A stretch of DNA of 63,812 nucleotides, counting the filler, from Reticulomyxa filosa (Eukaryota; Protista; Foraminifera): assembly GCA_000512085.1 (NCBI GenBank). It is 9 parts of 9 records of this genome, joined end to end, with 100 filler letters (N's around TTAATTAATTAA, not from the genome) between each part and the next. Parts side by side here need not be neighbours in the genome. Positions count along the whole stretch, not along the records: positions 62,813 to 63,812 come from ASPP01045172.1; 8 more parts are not named here. One strand, written 5' to 3'. Positions within the stretch are counted from its first letter, which is position 1. Each line of letters opens with the position of its first letter. Under the pieces are notes generated by a model. That model was given only the letters and a program-made list of their open reading frames with translations. It did not search any database and was not told the DNA's origin. The position numbers and the translations under genes are program-made. Below, piece by piece: positions 62,813 to 63,812 of this stretch.

Positions 62813-63812
62813 GTGTTTGTGTCTTTTGACAAAAAAACACAATAGTCTACAAAAAAATTGTATGCCTATTACGCGTTTGACGGGCACATCATATACGAAG
62901 ACTTGTTTGAAGAGAATAACGAACAAGTTCTTTTTTATGTCAAACGTTGTTTCTAATTTTAAAACGGCTTTTTGCTTGAATGAATAGATCACCATGGACA
63001 ACTTTCCGGAAGAGGACCCATTTTATCAGTCATTGAAATCCTTGTAACTTATGATAACATTTGCCCCTCATATATCTTTGCACTTATTAATTGTAACACT
63101 AATAAATAAGTGCAAACGCTGTTTTGTTTTTGTTTTGGAAGTCTTGGATTTACTAGTCGCTTTTTGGCTAATTTCAATTACTGTCTTCTGTGCAATTTCC
63201 AAGCAAACATTATGTTGCATGTACGTGCAACACAAGGGTACTATGATTTCAAACATTACGTACCGCGTTAACAAAAATTTTCAAGTTTGCAAAAACTCCA
63301 GCACTCAAAAAATTCACTCCAAATTTGAAAGAGTACGTAAGAAAAATTTTAGTAATTAAAACATTTTTTTAATGAAAAATGTACATTTGCTACAAGAAAA
63401 TTTGAAGATTTTAGTTTTTCTTTAAATGGATGCAAAACATTGCCAGCTAATCACTAAATTTATAATTATTAACTAATTTGTTTCTGCCGATTTGATAAAA
63501 ATCGAGATATCACAAATACTAATTTTGCTTCAAAACCAGATATATGTCTATCGTTTCTAAAGATATGTTTCCAAATAGGCTACTAAAGATGACTATTGCA
63601 TAAACTTTTTGTCCTTTCAATAAAAATTCAAAAAAACTTTACATTACATAAAATTTCAAAATTAGAATTCAAATTTCACAAAAATATTTTAAAAATTAAA
63701 TTTTAATTGTTGAATTTTTTCAAAACTACTAAAGATACAAGGCTAATTCTTTTTAAAGTATCTACGTGACTAAAAAAAGAAACAAATTTAAAAATTTTAC
63801 AGTTAGTGACAA

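Noticed and set aside
62813-63359. Short ORFs in the last contig piece
   Set aside because: No recognisable homology or convincing exon structure.

Overview
This is AT-rich, intron-containing eukaryotic DNA, not prokaryotic. It is also not one locus: nine contig pieces are joined by eight artificial 100-bp spacers (N44-TTAATTAATTAA-N44), so gene neighbourhoods across spacers mean nothing. The WD40 and Kelch families carrying a 'WIR...GWIxxF' module, the short A/T-homopolymer-rich introns and the frequent homopolymer frameshifts suggest a foraminiferan (Reticulomyxa filosa-like) draft assembly; this identity is inferred from recalled family features. Recognisable housekeeping genes: TTLL1, an SLC35F-like transporter, an eIF2-alpha-type kinase, CEP44, glycerol kinase, an AIFM2/FSP1-like oxidoreductase, an XK-family protein, DUS4, PCID2, RNase Z and an NZF-RING ligase. 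The most notable items are: (1) a spliced gene joining a RelA/SpoT-like nucleotidyltransferase, a SAM domain, a coiled coil and three copies of an uncharacterised 'DQGWGN...APH...GGGGH' domain, a candidate eukaryotic nucleotide-signalling or immune sensor; (2) an LRR receptor built from symmetric phase-2 exons of 72 nt (or 69+75 nt pairs) fused to a ~10-11-TM domain with no kinase; (3) a ~33-37-aa exon-encoded module found N-terminal in WD40 proteins and C-terminal in a Kelch protein; (4) a secreted EF-hand + ShKT + metallophosphoesterase fusion. Exon boundaries were read by eye and gene ends are approximate where stated. No rRNA, tRNA or CRISPR array was seen.
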